NCBI GenBank assembly: GCA_964016885.1
Contig: OZ024740.1
Location: 84,072,001 to 84,136,000, forward strand
DNA from: Eledone cirrhosa
Lineage: Eukaryota
Length of the DNA: 64,000 nucleotides
Direction: 5' to 3'
The notes below the pieces were generated by a model. It worked only from the letters and a program-made list of their open reading frames with translations. It was not told the origin of the DNA and searched no databases. The position numbers were made by a program, and so were the translations under genes. Each line of letters starts with the position of its first letter. Position 1 is the first letter of the stretch. Below are positions 27,907 through 42,143 of the stretch, piece after piece.

Positions 27907-29696
27907 TTTGAACTTGAGAAAATGAATGTTGAGGCATGTTGAGGCATCTTGTATAATGCATGAGTTGGAAATTGAGAACAAAACACAACCTTTCGTGCCC
28001 AGGAAACCCAAGATCAATATGAAAGATCACAAGAGAAATTTTGAAAATGACTTGCCAGTCAGGTTGATTGCACCATCAAAATCTGACCTGGGTAAACTTA
28101 GCAAGAACATTCTAGACAGAGTGATACAGCAAATTAAGGACTTGATTTATTTACCTGGCTTGACCTTGTGGAAGGGAACTGGGGAGGTCATTGAGTGGTT
28201 TAATGAAATTAAATATAACAATAATAATAAATTTATTCAACTAGATATTGCTAACTACTATTCATCCATTACCCCTAATCTACTTAATAAGGCACTAAAT
28301 TACGCATTCAAGCATACAGACCTAACTAGCAATGAAATGCACATTATATTATCGGCAAGGAAAACTTTGATAGAATTTAATAACCAACTATGGACTAGGG
28401 CAGATAGAGATAATAATTTTGATATTACTATGGGATCATCAGACTCAGCTCAGGTAACGGACCTTGTGGGCCTATTTATAATTAATTCGCTGCATAGGAA
28501 AATACCCGGTGTTACCGGAGGTTTATATAGAGATGACATGCTTTTACTTATTGAAAATAATAACTCTGAACTAAATAAGAAAAGAAAACAAATTATACAA
28601 TTTTTTAATTACCTTAATCTAAAAATAGAAATTGAGAGTAACCATAGAATAGTCAATTTCCTAGACGTAACATTTAATCTCAACACATGTCTTCACATTC
28701 CATTTCACAAGTTAAATGAAAACTTAAATTATGTCAATTTTAGCTCCAATCACCCCAGATCTGTCAAAAATACTATAGTGAACTCTGTTCAAAAACGTAT
28801 CTCTAGAATCTCTTCCAATAAAAATATTTTTGACGAAAAAGCCCAGTATTATAATGAAGCTTTAGCTAGAGCAGGATATAGTGATAAAATTATGTACATC
28901 GATAATAGACAAACTAACCAAAATAACAACAATTTTAATTACAGTAACAACTTTAACAACTATAATAGAAAGCACTACAATAATTTCAAAAACCAGAAAA
29001 GAAATAGAACTAGAAATATAATATGGTTTGCCCCCCCCCCCTTTCTCACTAAACATTAAAACCCACATCGCTAAACTATTTTTTAATGCTCTTGACAAAC
29101 GCTTCCCTAGAACACATAAGTATCACTCAATTTTCAATAGACATACTATAAAACTAACGTACTCGTCCACCAAAAATTTAGCACAAAATATTAATAGAAT
29201 AAATAATAGGAATCTAAAACCTAGCCAAAATACCGAAAATAGCCTAAACAATATTCAAGTAAAAAACTGTAACTGTAGAGATAGATCTAAATGTCCGCTA
29301 AATAACAATTGCTTAGTTAAAAATATAATATACAACTGTAATGTTAGAACTGATTTAAATTCTTTTAATTATGTTGTTTCCACCTCGACAGAATTTAAAC
29401 TTCGCTATAATAATCACAAAAAGTCTTTCACGGATCCAAATAAAAAATCTTCAACATCGCTGTCAGGGTTACTCTGGCAACTTAAGCATGATAAAGTTGG
29501 ATATTCGATGGTTTGGAATATAGTCTCAAAAGGGATTCCTTTTAATTCCTCTTCTGAGACATGTGACCTCTGCGCGGAGGAGATATTCTTTATACTAAAA
29601 TCTAAAAATTCCCTTAATTTACGAACCAATTTATTCAGCTGCTGCAGACATAGATTGAACTCAACTTTTAAATATAAATATAAATTTAAAATGTAG
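27907..29696 (+). pseudogene. PLE RT + GIY-YIG, N-terminally truncated, frameshift in the C11 run at 29031-29041
   Basis: [80 protein letters not shown]; clearly homologous to 6910-9351. Confidence 0.9.
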
Positions 29697-30948
29697 TATA
29701 AAATGTAGTATATTTACTTAAGATATTTAACTATTTATGAAACTTGACGATAAATCTTTCGATTCCTTCAATTTTTTTAAAAACCTTTCTGCATGAATAT
29801 ATAATTAATGAGATTAAATAAACTACCCTAAAATTGGCGTTGTTCCCAATTTTTTGAATAAATTTTTAAGCTGGATAAACTTCTATAATAAATATAAGAG
29901 CATTTGTAGAATAAGTTTTGAATGATTTCTGCTAAATAAGGCTTGGTGAACAATTTTGGTTTTGTTTGCTTTTGATTCTGATTTTATGTGACCGATATGC
30001 GTGGCATACTATGTTCTCTTGCGTCCCTAGATACTCTGTGGAGTGATGAAGATATTCTTGGCGTTTTTAATGTTTAATATTGATATATGTTGTCTACTAT
30101 ATGCTTGATCGATAATCATGCAAGTGAGGCTGGAATGTTATTTTAAATGTTAATGTATATCTTATATATTTTATGTCTATATATATGTATATATGTATGT
30201 AAATGTATGTAGGGTGGAATCTTTTGTAACGCAATGAAGTTTTTCATGAAATATAAGAATCTGTGTAGCATATCACGTAGGTTCACATGTGTGTCTATAT
30301 TTATCAACTTGAATTTGAGATAACATTCTCTTTTCTCTTTTTCTTTTTCACGAGAATGCATATATGCTTATGTTTGAAGTTTTATCTCAGATTTTGCTTA
30401 TAGACCTAAGAATTTTTAAACTAAGCATGTGGTAATTTTTTTCACACATTATGGATATGTGTCTCATTCATGAATACTGATATTTACATTATAATACCTA
30501 ATTCATAAAAATTGATAATTCAAATGGATGAGACATAATATATTTTTAATATATTTTAAATATATCATCTTTCTTTCTTTTTCTCCTATACACTGGACGT
30601 GATTTTTGTGTCGGCTAGTTTAACTGTATCCCTTCCCTCCTTAACCTCTCACATATACGATGATCATCTGTCCAACAGCTGCCTACTATATTTTTTCACT
30701 TCCTCAATGTATTTCTCTCTCCCATATCTCCTTGTCTCTCTATCTCGCTCTGTTGTTTTTCTTTACATACATCTCTTCATCTTCTTCTTTTTTTTATTTA
30801 CATACATCTCTTCATCTTCTTCTTCTCATCTTCGTTTTTCTTTCTATATAACTGTCATAACAGTTTCACTACCAAATCAACTTTTTAAATGGAAGTTGCA
30901 TTATTATAAGGTATGTCAATAATTATTTATAAAACAGCTTATGTATTG

Positions 30949-31014
30949 TATTTTGTCTGAGGAAGGCATACCATATTTTTAATATGATATCCCAGAAATA
31001 TATATAACGAAATA
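30949..31014 (+). ncRNA. Type I hammerhead ribozyme
   Basis: TATTTTGT-CTGAGGA-imperfect stem II (CATATT/AATATG)-GAAA-TATATA-TA-ACGAAATA. Confidence 0.65.
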
Positions 31015-31142
31015 AATATGGTTTTATAAATATAGTTTCCATTTGTTTAATATCGTAAACCTACTCCAGAAACTGTTGAGTGCTTTTATATCAGTTATAA
31101 AATATTTACTCGTTGTAACCCAACAATCTTAAATAAAACTTT

Positions 31143-31173
<31 letters not shown>

Positions 31174-31184
<11 letters not shown>

Positions 31185-32935
31185 AAGTTAGGGAAGCACA
31201 AAATTGCTTTCTGTGATCCAGTTCGTGGTTAAGATGCCAGTTTCGTGGATGGTTTCAACGTACGGTTAGGGGTAACTCCACAAGTTTGTAAGAATTCCGT
31301 TCAATCTTGGAGTATAAAGTATAAAAGAGAAGACACAGGTAAGCATTAAGAGAAGGATTTTATCCAGGTATTTACGACCGTTTCATTGGTAAGTGCAACC
31401 TTATATTGCTATACTGCAACCTTATATTGCTATACTGCAAATAGCAGCCACTCAATTATAATTGCTGTTCACAGTCCAAATTTTCAAAATAGTGAGTAAG
31501 TTACTCTTGAAATAATTCTTAATATATAGAGAAAAACATTTATTTGGAATTGTATTTACTAGTATATAGAGAGAGAAATCAGGAGGACAGACGGAATAGT
31601 ATAGAGAGAGAGGGAGGGGAAGAGGTAGGAAGTAGAATGACAAACTAAGATGGAGCGAGGGGTAGAGGTGGAAGGATTACTTGGTCAGTTTTAATATGTA
31701 GACTTCATGTCGTGGAATGTAGTGAGTTAAAGAGAATTAAATTGATCATAGTGGGAGGGCTGGATAGAGAGAGAGTGAGGGGGAGATATAAAGAGATAAA
31801 TATATATATAAAAATAAAGATAAAGATAATAATGACAAAAATAAAAGCAAAGAATGGGGTGAGAAAGAAGAAAGGAAAGATAGCCAAAAAGGGGGAGGGA
31901 AGGACGGAAGAAAACGAAGAAATAGAAGAGGAATGAAGGAGAAGGGGGATATAGGTATTGGTTTTTGTAGGTAATTAAAAGGGTTTAGATACAACAAAAG
32001 GGTATAAAGTCTAAGTATATGCAGTTTGTCAGTTGGTAGTAAGAGGTTAAGGGTTCGATTTGCACTTGTAGTGCGAAAACTTCTCTTTGAGTCTATGGTT
32101 ACAATAAATTGATGTTTCGATTTTATTGTTGAGTAACTTATTCTTCGAACTCAAGATGTGGAATAGCTCAAGGTCGCATAATCGACAGCTTCTCATACCA
32201 CTCCGATATGGGGGGGCGTTCGATAATTTTTTTCACTTCAAGGTGTATTGATGGTTACTTTCCCTCAGTTGCCAGGTCTTGTTTGCAAGGGTAGTTACAT
32301 AACGATGCTGGGAATGTTTCATTGCGTAACGGTGTGTATACCAACGGGCTTTAAATGTCGCTCCGATGTAATATCATTTCTGGTTGTCTGATTCCACTGT
32401 GCATTGGTAAACCAGGTTAGACTGCATACATTCATTAGGTAATGGACAGGTTTCAGGTAGGTGGCAGTTACAATTCTTGTCATGGGCGACTTTGGCATTA
32501 TTGGTGGGCTGCGATGCCTGTACAAGTGTGTTACGTTTTGTTTGCCTATTAGTGGGTGGTTGTGTATTAGATATTCTGTTGTGTTCAATGGTAATTGTAT
32601 TGTTATTGTTGTAAATTTGTGTTCTGGTGTTGTTATGTATCTTTTTAGCGTTAAGCATCTTAATCATCTTAATGTGTGCCTCTATATTTGGTGCCGTGGA
32701 GTAAGATAGTCTAATAGATTTAGTATTAAGGATTTTGCTGTATCTATGTGAATCTGGAAAGTGCTTATTTATTATTCTAAAGAACTAATTTGAAAATTTG
32801 GACTGTGAACAACAATTATAATTGAGTGGCTGCTATATAGGATAGCAATATAAGGTTGCACTTACCAATGAAACGGTCGTAAATACGTGGATAAAATCCT
32901 TCTCTAAATGCTTACCTGTGTTTTCTCTTTTATAC

Positions 32936-32936
<1 letters not shown>
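31174..32936 (-). mobile_element. Heavily 5'-truncated Hydra-type PLE with inverted 3' copy
   Basis: Endonuclease remnant 32090-32783 (CNCHLPETCPLPNECMQSNLVYQC, CRLCDLE); arms 31318-31493 / 32784-32936 containing GAAA-CGGTCG-TA; tail 31174-31317. Confidence 0.82.
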
Positions 32937-32968
<32 letters not shown>

Positions 32969-32976
32969 GTATAAAA

Positions 32977-33208
32977 GTTGAAAATTGCAAACTTGACTGT
33001 CACCACACAATATGAACCTGAAGATTGCGAAAGCATGAAAGTACTTGTTCAATTAACACTTAACATTTAATATTCTATCATATTATTTCATTATAATACC
33101 ATTATAAATTTTAAAGGATTGTAAATAAAACGAGTAAATCAGACAAAGTTGGAATTCCTTTTATTAATATAATCTTCTATACACAATCATACACACCCGT
33201 GTATATTT
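32977..33208 (+). mobile_element. Single PLE 3' end with minimal HHR (33012-33051), same family as 2771-3181
   Basis: Near-identical to 2951-3182, including TGAAC-CTGAAGA...GAAA-GTAC-TT-GTTCA. Confidence 0.85.
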
Positions 33209-33214
33209 ATCTAT

Positions 33215-35198
<1,984 letters not shown>

Positions 35199-35199
35199 G

Positions 35200-35977
35200 T
35201 CTTGAGACTAGTAAAATGAGGTATCCTCTTGATAAGTCGGCAGACCTCGCAGGGACTCTATATCTTTATGATATATTGTTTTTGTTTATGCCACGAAACT
35301 ACGTAGTCGAGGAATTTAGGAGCAGTTTAGGTATGATACATTTTATTACTAATTATATCTAAATGTTTCTTCTCTCTTCATAATGTATTTTTAACTCTGA
35401 TACTGGTTCAGTCTGGTTCAACTGAATTAGTCTGTCCCGGTCATTCATTGAGCAACATCGGTGAAGTTGGCACCCTTAACTCACAGTTGGGTGCGGATGC
35501 ATTCATGTATATATGTGTGTGTCCGCATGTATCTGTGTGTTTCTAAATATATTGTTAATAACTCCCTCTGGTCGAGCAATCTTTGAAGTGTGGGGACAAC
35601 TGGAAAGCTTCCATTACTCATACTTCTAGCCTTCTTCACCACCTCTTCTGCGGCCTCGATATGAATACCCCCTCCGCCTCCGTGGTATTTTCTTCGTGGT
35701 TATAAGAGGCTTAGCTCTGTTTCTCGACCGTTATATCGCGTGACTATCTCCCCCTCCGCCTTTTGGGATTCTTTCTCACGTCGCGTAGACGCGTTCTTGA
35801 GACTAGTAAAATGAGGTATCCTCTTGATAAGTCGGCAGACCTCGCAGGGACTCTATATCTTTATGATATATTGTTTTTGTTTATGCCACGAAACTACGTA
35901 GTCGAGGAATTTAGGAGCAGTTTAGGTATGATACATTTTATTACTAATTATATCTAAATGTTTCTTCTCTCTTCATA

Positions 35978-35983
<6 letters not shown>
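35200..35983 (+). mobile_element. Non-coding retrozyme-like / non-autonomous PLE unit with 189-bp direct repeats (period 595 bp)
   Basis: 35200-35388 matches 35795-35983; each repeat has an HHR-fold motif; (TA)n on both sides. Confidence 0.8.
35224..35313 (+). ncRNA. Hammerhead-fold motif with variant core UUGAUAA (second copy 35819-35908)
   Basis: TCCTC-TTGATAA-GTcGGCA...TGCCAC-GAAA-CTACGTAG-TC-GAGGA. Confidence 0.6.
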
Positions 35984-36073
<90 letters not shown>

Positions 36074-36074
<1 letters not shown>

Positions 36075-36628
36075 GTATTAGTTATACTATTTATGGTTAT
36101 GTAAATACAAAACCTTAAGCAGTTGTAGGTATTTTACACACACCCTAAATAGTGGTAGGCAGTATTGTATTACTACCTTATTACCAGTAAGTTAAGTAGC
36201 TCAATGTAAAAACATCAGATGATTTACAGAGCAGTTATATGAAATATAAGAATCAAAGAACTGTTCAAAACATTATTGTGCTTACAGCTGTTTCCTCCAA
36301 ACCGAGGTTTGGATTCTTCGGAGCAATTTATTAATGCATGGACAGTTATATGACCTCCTTTTCAGCCGAGAGACATACCAATACATATTCAAACATTGAT
36401 ACATATTCAAACATTGTGGGTCAACATTCATAATGAATGTTGACCCACAATGGTTGAATATGTATCAATGTTTGAATATGTATTGGTATGTCTCTCGGCT
36501 GAAAAGGAGGTCATATAACTGTCCATGCATTAATAAATTGCTCCGAAGAATCCAAACCTCGGTTTGGAGGAAACAGCTGTAAGCACAATAATGTTTTGAA
36601 CAGTTCTTTGATTCTTATATTTCATATA
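36074..36628. mobile_element. Near-perfect 196-bp-arm palindrome of two PLE 3' ends, left tail
   Basis: Arms 36236-36431 / 36433-36628 (one mismatch seen, 1-nt spacer); tail 36074-36235; (TA)n flanks. Confidence 0.9.
36539..36585 (+). ncRNA. Hammerhead-fold motif with CCGAAGA core (mirror at 36279-36325, minus)
   Basis: TGCT-CCGAAGA-aTCCAAACC TC GGTTTGGAg-GAAA-CAGCTG-TA-AGCA. Confidence 0.65.
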
Positions 36629-36637
36629 TATACATAT

Positions 36638-36950
<313 letters not shown>

Positions 36951-38094
36951 ATACGTATATATAAGAGCATTTTAATTTTTTTATATTGCACTTTTACGGT
37001 TACGAATTATTTTGTGACTTTTAAATATATGAAATTGGTGAATTCAATTAATCAGACCTTTCATAAAAGTGAATTGAAACCAGCATGTCCATCCAAAATT
37101 CTCAAACTCGCTGTATATGTTCTTTCAATGCAAGATCAAGAAAGTAGAGTAGAGGTTTCTCTGTTATTTCCTACTTCTATGTTCTTCACTATATTTTATA
37201 TATACCATTTTAAGTTTATGCCTGATTGTATCATAATAGTTCATGTTTATCAATGTATCTCTGGTCGTAACAAAATCATTCAATGCTTTTCGATATTATC
37301 TAATATTTTCTAGCTTTGTCAAAATCCCGTGTAAACACTTTAATTATGTCAGAGCATTTATTTGAAAGAATTTGCCATTTTACAGTGTTTTTATTCTTAT
37401 ATCCAATCTTTAACTTTCTGTTGTAATTTCTCTTTCCGAATATAAATACGTTACTATATATATCTTGGTTTCAACATTTATTCCAATAAAAATATATCGG
37501 GAATTCGTTTGACAATTATCTATTCAGTTAGAACAGGTTATAGAAACTTCCATAAGTAATGGCTCCACGTATAGTCACCTATGTGCAATGAAACACATGC
37601 TTTTTATTCAGTGCAAAGGTAATCATTAAGTAACTCGATAATCTAAAGATGAATACTTTAAAATTTAAGCTACCGATAGTATGTTACTGTAAACTTGTTT
37701 GAATATTTTCCAAACTAAATAACTGAAACACAAATTCAAATTAGAAATGTTATTGTCGCATGTCCAAATTCCATATAACGCGAAGGTGTCTCTTATGAAT
37801 AATTTTATTAATGTAATAGTAGTAATACGTGCAGGATCTGAAATCTGGTTAAACATTTCGTTAAATACTGACAAAAATGTTATTTCACATTCGTTCGCGA
37901 ATCCAGAGTAGTAAATACTATGGTAATAACAGTTCCGTTTGTGTCTCAAAGTTTATTATTTTCTGAGAAATGTGCATGGTACTAATATAACTCAAGACTT
38001 CTATGTTAAATAGACACCTTCATATTTGCAGATAAGGGAATATTTGGAGACGCAAAATATTTGTCGTTCTAATTTGGTATCTAATATGTATTAT

Positions 38095-38696
38095 CAGACT
38101 TTAAATGGAGTTCCACTGAAGCAGGTGGAGACGTTCCAGTGTCTTGGGGTCGTGTTCACGAGTAATGGAAGGAAGGAGGCTGAATTAAGTGCAGGAATTG
38201 CAGGAGCTGGTGCAGCGATGCGCCAGCTTTAGCATTCGCTAATCAGAATAGAAGTAGGGGTAAAAGATAAAATTGCTAACTTCAATTCGGTATTTGAATT
38301 GAGTCATCACAGCTCCGATACGATCGGCGTGTTGTTAGAATGTCTCAGGAAGGAATCTCTGGACAGAGTTTATGGGCAAAACCAACCGGTAGGAGACCCA
38401 GCTGTAGATCACGAATATGGTTGTTGGATAACATCCATGAACTTGGCTGGTCTCTCTTGGGGGATATAGCCGGATCAGTGGGAGATAGTTTTCTCTGACA
38501 GGACCCACTGGAAGGAGTGTTTGAGGACTCTGCCTCCACGACTCTCTCAGAAAGAAGAAGAAGAAGAAGAAGAAGAAGAAGAAGAAGAAGAAGAAGAAAA
38601 AGAAGAAGAAGAAGAAGAAGAAGAAGAAGAAGAAGAAGAAGAAGAAGAAGAAGAAGAAGAAGAAGAAGAAGAAGAAGAAGAAGAAGAAGAAGAAGA
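38095..38696 (+). mobile_element. Decayed LINE 3' fragment (RTE-like) with (GAA)n tail
   Basis: LNGVPLKQVETFQCLGVVFTSNG resembles a LINE RT thumb; 3' region similar to 60525-60760; ends in a long GAA run. Confidence 0.7.
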
Positions 38697-39000
38697 TTGG
38701 TGAGATGATATTGTTATACAGCAGTGTATTTTTTGAATGGTATGGTATTTGTAATGTTGTTCTTATTGTTGGTTAACGCCTGATCAAGCCCGACCGAGCG
38801 CGCATAAAACCAAAAGAGGTCTGTCAATGACAATTCCATTTCTTTTGTATAGAATATATATGTATAGAATATCAATAGATATATTATCCAATATAATCTC
38901 CGATTTAAAACGATAAGGTATCATTTGAAGTAGATTTAGCTGATATATCTAGCAAATCGATTGACGACGTAGATACTTTCTTTCTGGCAAGTGTTTAACA

Positions 39001-39135
39001 ATTTACTGAAGCTAATATAAATTCACTGTCGGGGGTTCATAGCTTAACGTGAAATTAATAAATACTGTAAAGTATTTCTTAATTTCACGTTAAGCTATGA
39101 ACCCCCACAGTGAATTTATATTAGCTTCAGTAAAT
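39001..39135. repeat. ~65-bp-arm inverted repeat at the LINE junction
   Basis: ATTTACTGAAGCTAATATAAATTCACTGT...AAATACT / AGTATTT...ACAGTGAATTTATATTAGCTTCAGTAAAT. Confidence 0.9.
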
Positions 39136-42100
39136 TGAACGAAATCCATTTTGGTTCATGAGAAGTATCGAGTCTAGATGAGTTTTAATTCTGTAGAGAA
39201 GCATTTTGTATATTTTAGATGATATTACGTTGACTAATCCACAGTAGTTTTTAACATCACAAAGATCACCTTTTTTTTTTGGAAGCGGAGTTACACCTCT
39301 TTTGCTCCAAATTCTTTCCTTATCCCCATAAAAGATTTTATTACATACTTCGAGTAGTATGTCAATTAAAGCTTCAGTTTTCCAGATCTCAATTGGAGTC
39401 TCACCGAATCTTGCTGTTTTCCGCATTTGAAGGATTTGTTTGTCTTCAATAGTTGATTATTTGAGAAGTCGTCCATAACTATTAGTAATGTACTATCAAA
39501 TACTCGTGTTATATGTTGTTCTTTTGTTACACGTTGCCGACCAAGAAGATTTTGATAGTAGTCTTTCCATGTTTGTATACGTTCTTTTGGTGCCTTAGTT
39601 TCTTTTTTGCATGTTGGTGTATTCTTTCTTCCAGTAATTTCAATGACAGTTGTCCAAGTAATATTTCATGATTGATTTTGTGCTGAATTTTATATGATTT
39701 AGATGTTGTTGTTTATATATGTAGTAAGTTCTTTATTATGGATAGCTTCAAGATAATGTTTGGCTGCTTGGGAATGATCATTGTTTACTGGACTTTCGTT
39801 TTGTAATAATTGTTTCTACTATTGGCACAAGGCCAGCAATTAACCAGTACATTACTGGTACTTTATTTTATCGACCCCGTAAGGATGAAAGGCAATGTTA
39901 ACTTCATTTTATAATAATGCTTTCGTTTGTTTTTGTTTCAGTTTAATCATATCTCTTTCCTGTGGTACACTTTTCTCTACTTTTGGTATGGATTGTTTTG
40001 GCAGCTCCCTTCTGTTCAATCATGATATTTCTATGTATTTAATCAGCATATCTTTCCTCTACGTGTTGCCTTCAGTGTATTGAAACGGTTTCGGACAGTT
40101 GTGTATTTGAGTTTGATAGTATCATCAGTTATCATTTTATTCAAATCATATTTCATTTTCCTTTCGGTTTAATTTCATAGATTCTTAGACGAAGTCTTAT
40201 TTTCGCAGAATCAATTCTGTGGTCAGAATTAACTTCTATAGACCTTTCTTTTATTGAAGGTTCAGTTTTATTGAAGGTTCAGTCCACATTTTGCGTCAAC
40301 ATCAAGTAATTGCTAACCGTTTCGATATGTTTCTTGGCGAAAAGAAACTTATTTTGAATACGCGTGTCCAGTTTTAACGTTAAAACCAACCGCTATTAAG
40401 ATGTTACTTGAGTTTGCAGTCGATGACCTGATAAGCATCCAACCTTTTCCCATTTTAATAAGGCGAATATTGGTATCATCGTAATATATACGATTTTCTT
40501 GAATACATATTACTTGGTTTTGTGTATTTAATGTCAATTCATTCGTTTTCATTTTGGAATTTAGAGTATTTACATTGAAGGTGGAAACTATAAGTGTTTT
40601 TGTTTGCATTTACTAAAGTTGTTATGTTTCGGTTTTGGTATTCATGTAACATATTTTTCGATCCTTACAGTCTGGTCTCCGACAGTGTGTCGCGCTCCTC
40701 TTTCACCCGCGTGACGGACGATGCGGTGTAGAGTTTCGTTTTGTGCGTTATTTATCAAGGTTGTCTTTCTGTTTGATATTGTAATGACAATCGGTAGCAA
40801 CTCTTAAATGTAATTGCAGTAACGTTGCCTTTGTAGTCGACGACTGTGTCTGTCATCTTCTGCTAGTGATATATGTAGATGTGCCAGAGTATCCATTTGT
40901 CAATAACCGCCACATTTACTATTAGTATACTGTTTCCAAAACTAAGATTTAAAGGTTTACTCCTATGAAATACCATGACCCCGGAGATGGTAGCTAACGG
41001 GTTCAATGTCTTGTCAAAGTGCAACCCATGTTCCGTTCGGCAAAGACACGTCGAAGGAGTAAAAGCGAAGAACCTTCCAGCTGTTATCACATTCATTGCT
41101 TTTAGCAAAGCGTTCGATACCATTCATCGTGAAAAAACTCAAACAAATAATGGAGGTGTATGGAATTCTATTACAAATTTTTACAGTAGTAGGTGCTCTC
41201 TACGACGTTACGGAAGCAAAAGTACTATCCCCTAATGGTGAAACGGATTTCTTCAAACTGAAAGCAGGTGTTCCTCAAGGCGATACACTAGCTCCGTTCT
41301 TCTTCATATTAACACTCAACTATGCAACGAGACAAGCTACACACGATGTTCATCAAACATGATGCATGCTACATATTCGAGGTAGCACTAGACACCCTGA
41401 TTTAACAATAACTGATGCTTATTTTGCAGATGTTATGAGACTTTTATCAGACACCTGCGAAAAGCACAACTGTTATTACAGAGGGTGGAATGTGTTGCTG
41501 AAACAATTGGACTTCACATAAAGAGAAGACGGAATTTATTGCATACAACCAGACAGCGGGTGATATTGTCTCACAAAATCGAAATTACCTAAAGCGAGTT
41601 GAAGATTTTATGTATCCTGGTTCATGGATCTGATCCCCAGAAAAGGATATGTTGCAACAAAATGGATGTCATTTGAAATTCAAACTTGAACACTAAACTA
41701 AAGTTTAAGTTCTTTTGTTTAACATTTAAAATGTACTTGTGTATGGAGCGGAGTACTGGATACTCACAAAAGAAATGGAAAGACGGTTAGATGGCACATA
41801 TACAAGACTCCTGAGGAAAGTACAAAATATATCTTGGAGGGAGCACAGAACAAACGTATCTCTATACGGCGACCTGATACCGATTACAGACGTCGTAAAG
41901 ACTAGAAGACTCGGTCTCATAGCTCACTATGGCGAAGGGGGGATGGCAATACTCACGTTGCTGCATTGAGAACACACATGGTAGAAGAACAAGAAGTCGG
42001 CTTCATGCTACATTTCTGAAGCGGGTTTGTAAAGACACGAATCTTATAAAGAATGAACTCACGGAAGCTATGCTGGATAGGAACATGTGGAGAAATGTAA

Positions 42101-42143
42101 TTATCAACATTGTGCGAGTAAACTCGACATGATGATGATGATA
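39081..42143. mobile_element. Decayed RTE-clade LINE with inverted 5' half
   Basis: Minus 39136-40610: APE (VSTFNVNTL, ICIQENR) to early RT (PLPKKKGDL, NQNGFR). Plus 41040-42132: EGVKAKNLPAVITFIAFSKAFDTIH, GVPQGDTLAPF, YFAD, YGAEYW. (GAT)n tail; candidate TSD TAAAGTATTTCTT at 39068-39080 and 42144-42156. Confidence 0.85.
39813..39903 (-). mobile_element. Truncated tRNA-derived SINE nested in the LINE
   Basis: Shares TTTCTACT..GGCACAAGGCCAGCAATT...TTTATCGACCCCGTAAGGATGAAAGGCAA with the other copies. Confidence 0.8.

Larger units (their letters stand above)
26513..31146 (+). mobile_element. 5'-truncated Hydra-type PLE between 1.4-kb inverted repeats
   Basis: Arms 26513-27906 / 29661-31057 near-identical; coding remnant 27907-29696; tail 31058-31146; (TA)n flanks. 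Confidence 0.92.
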
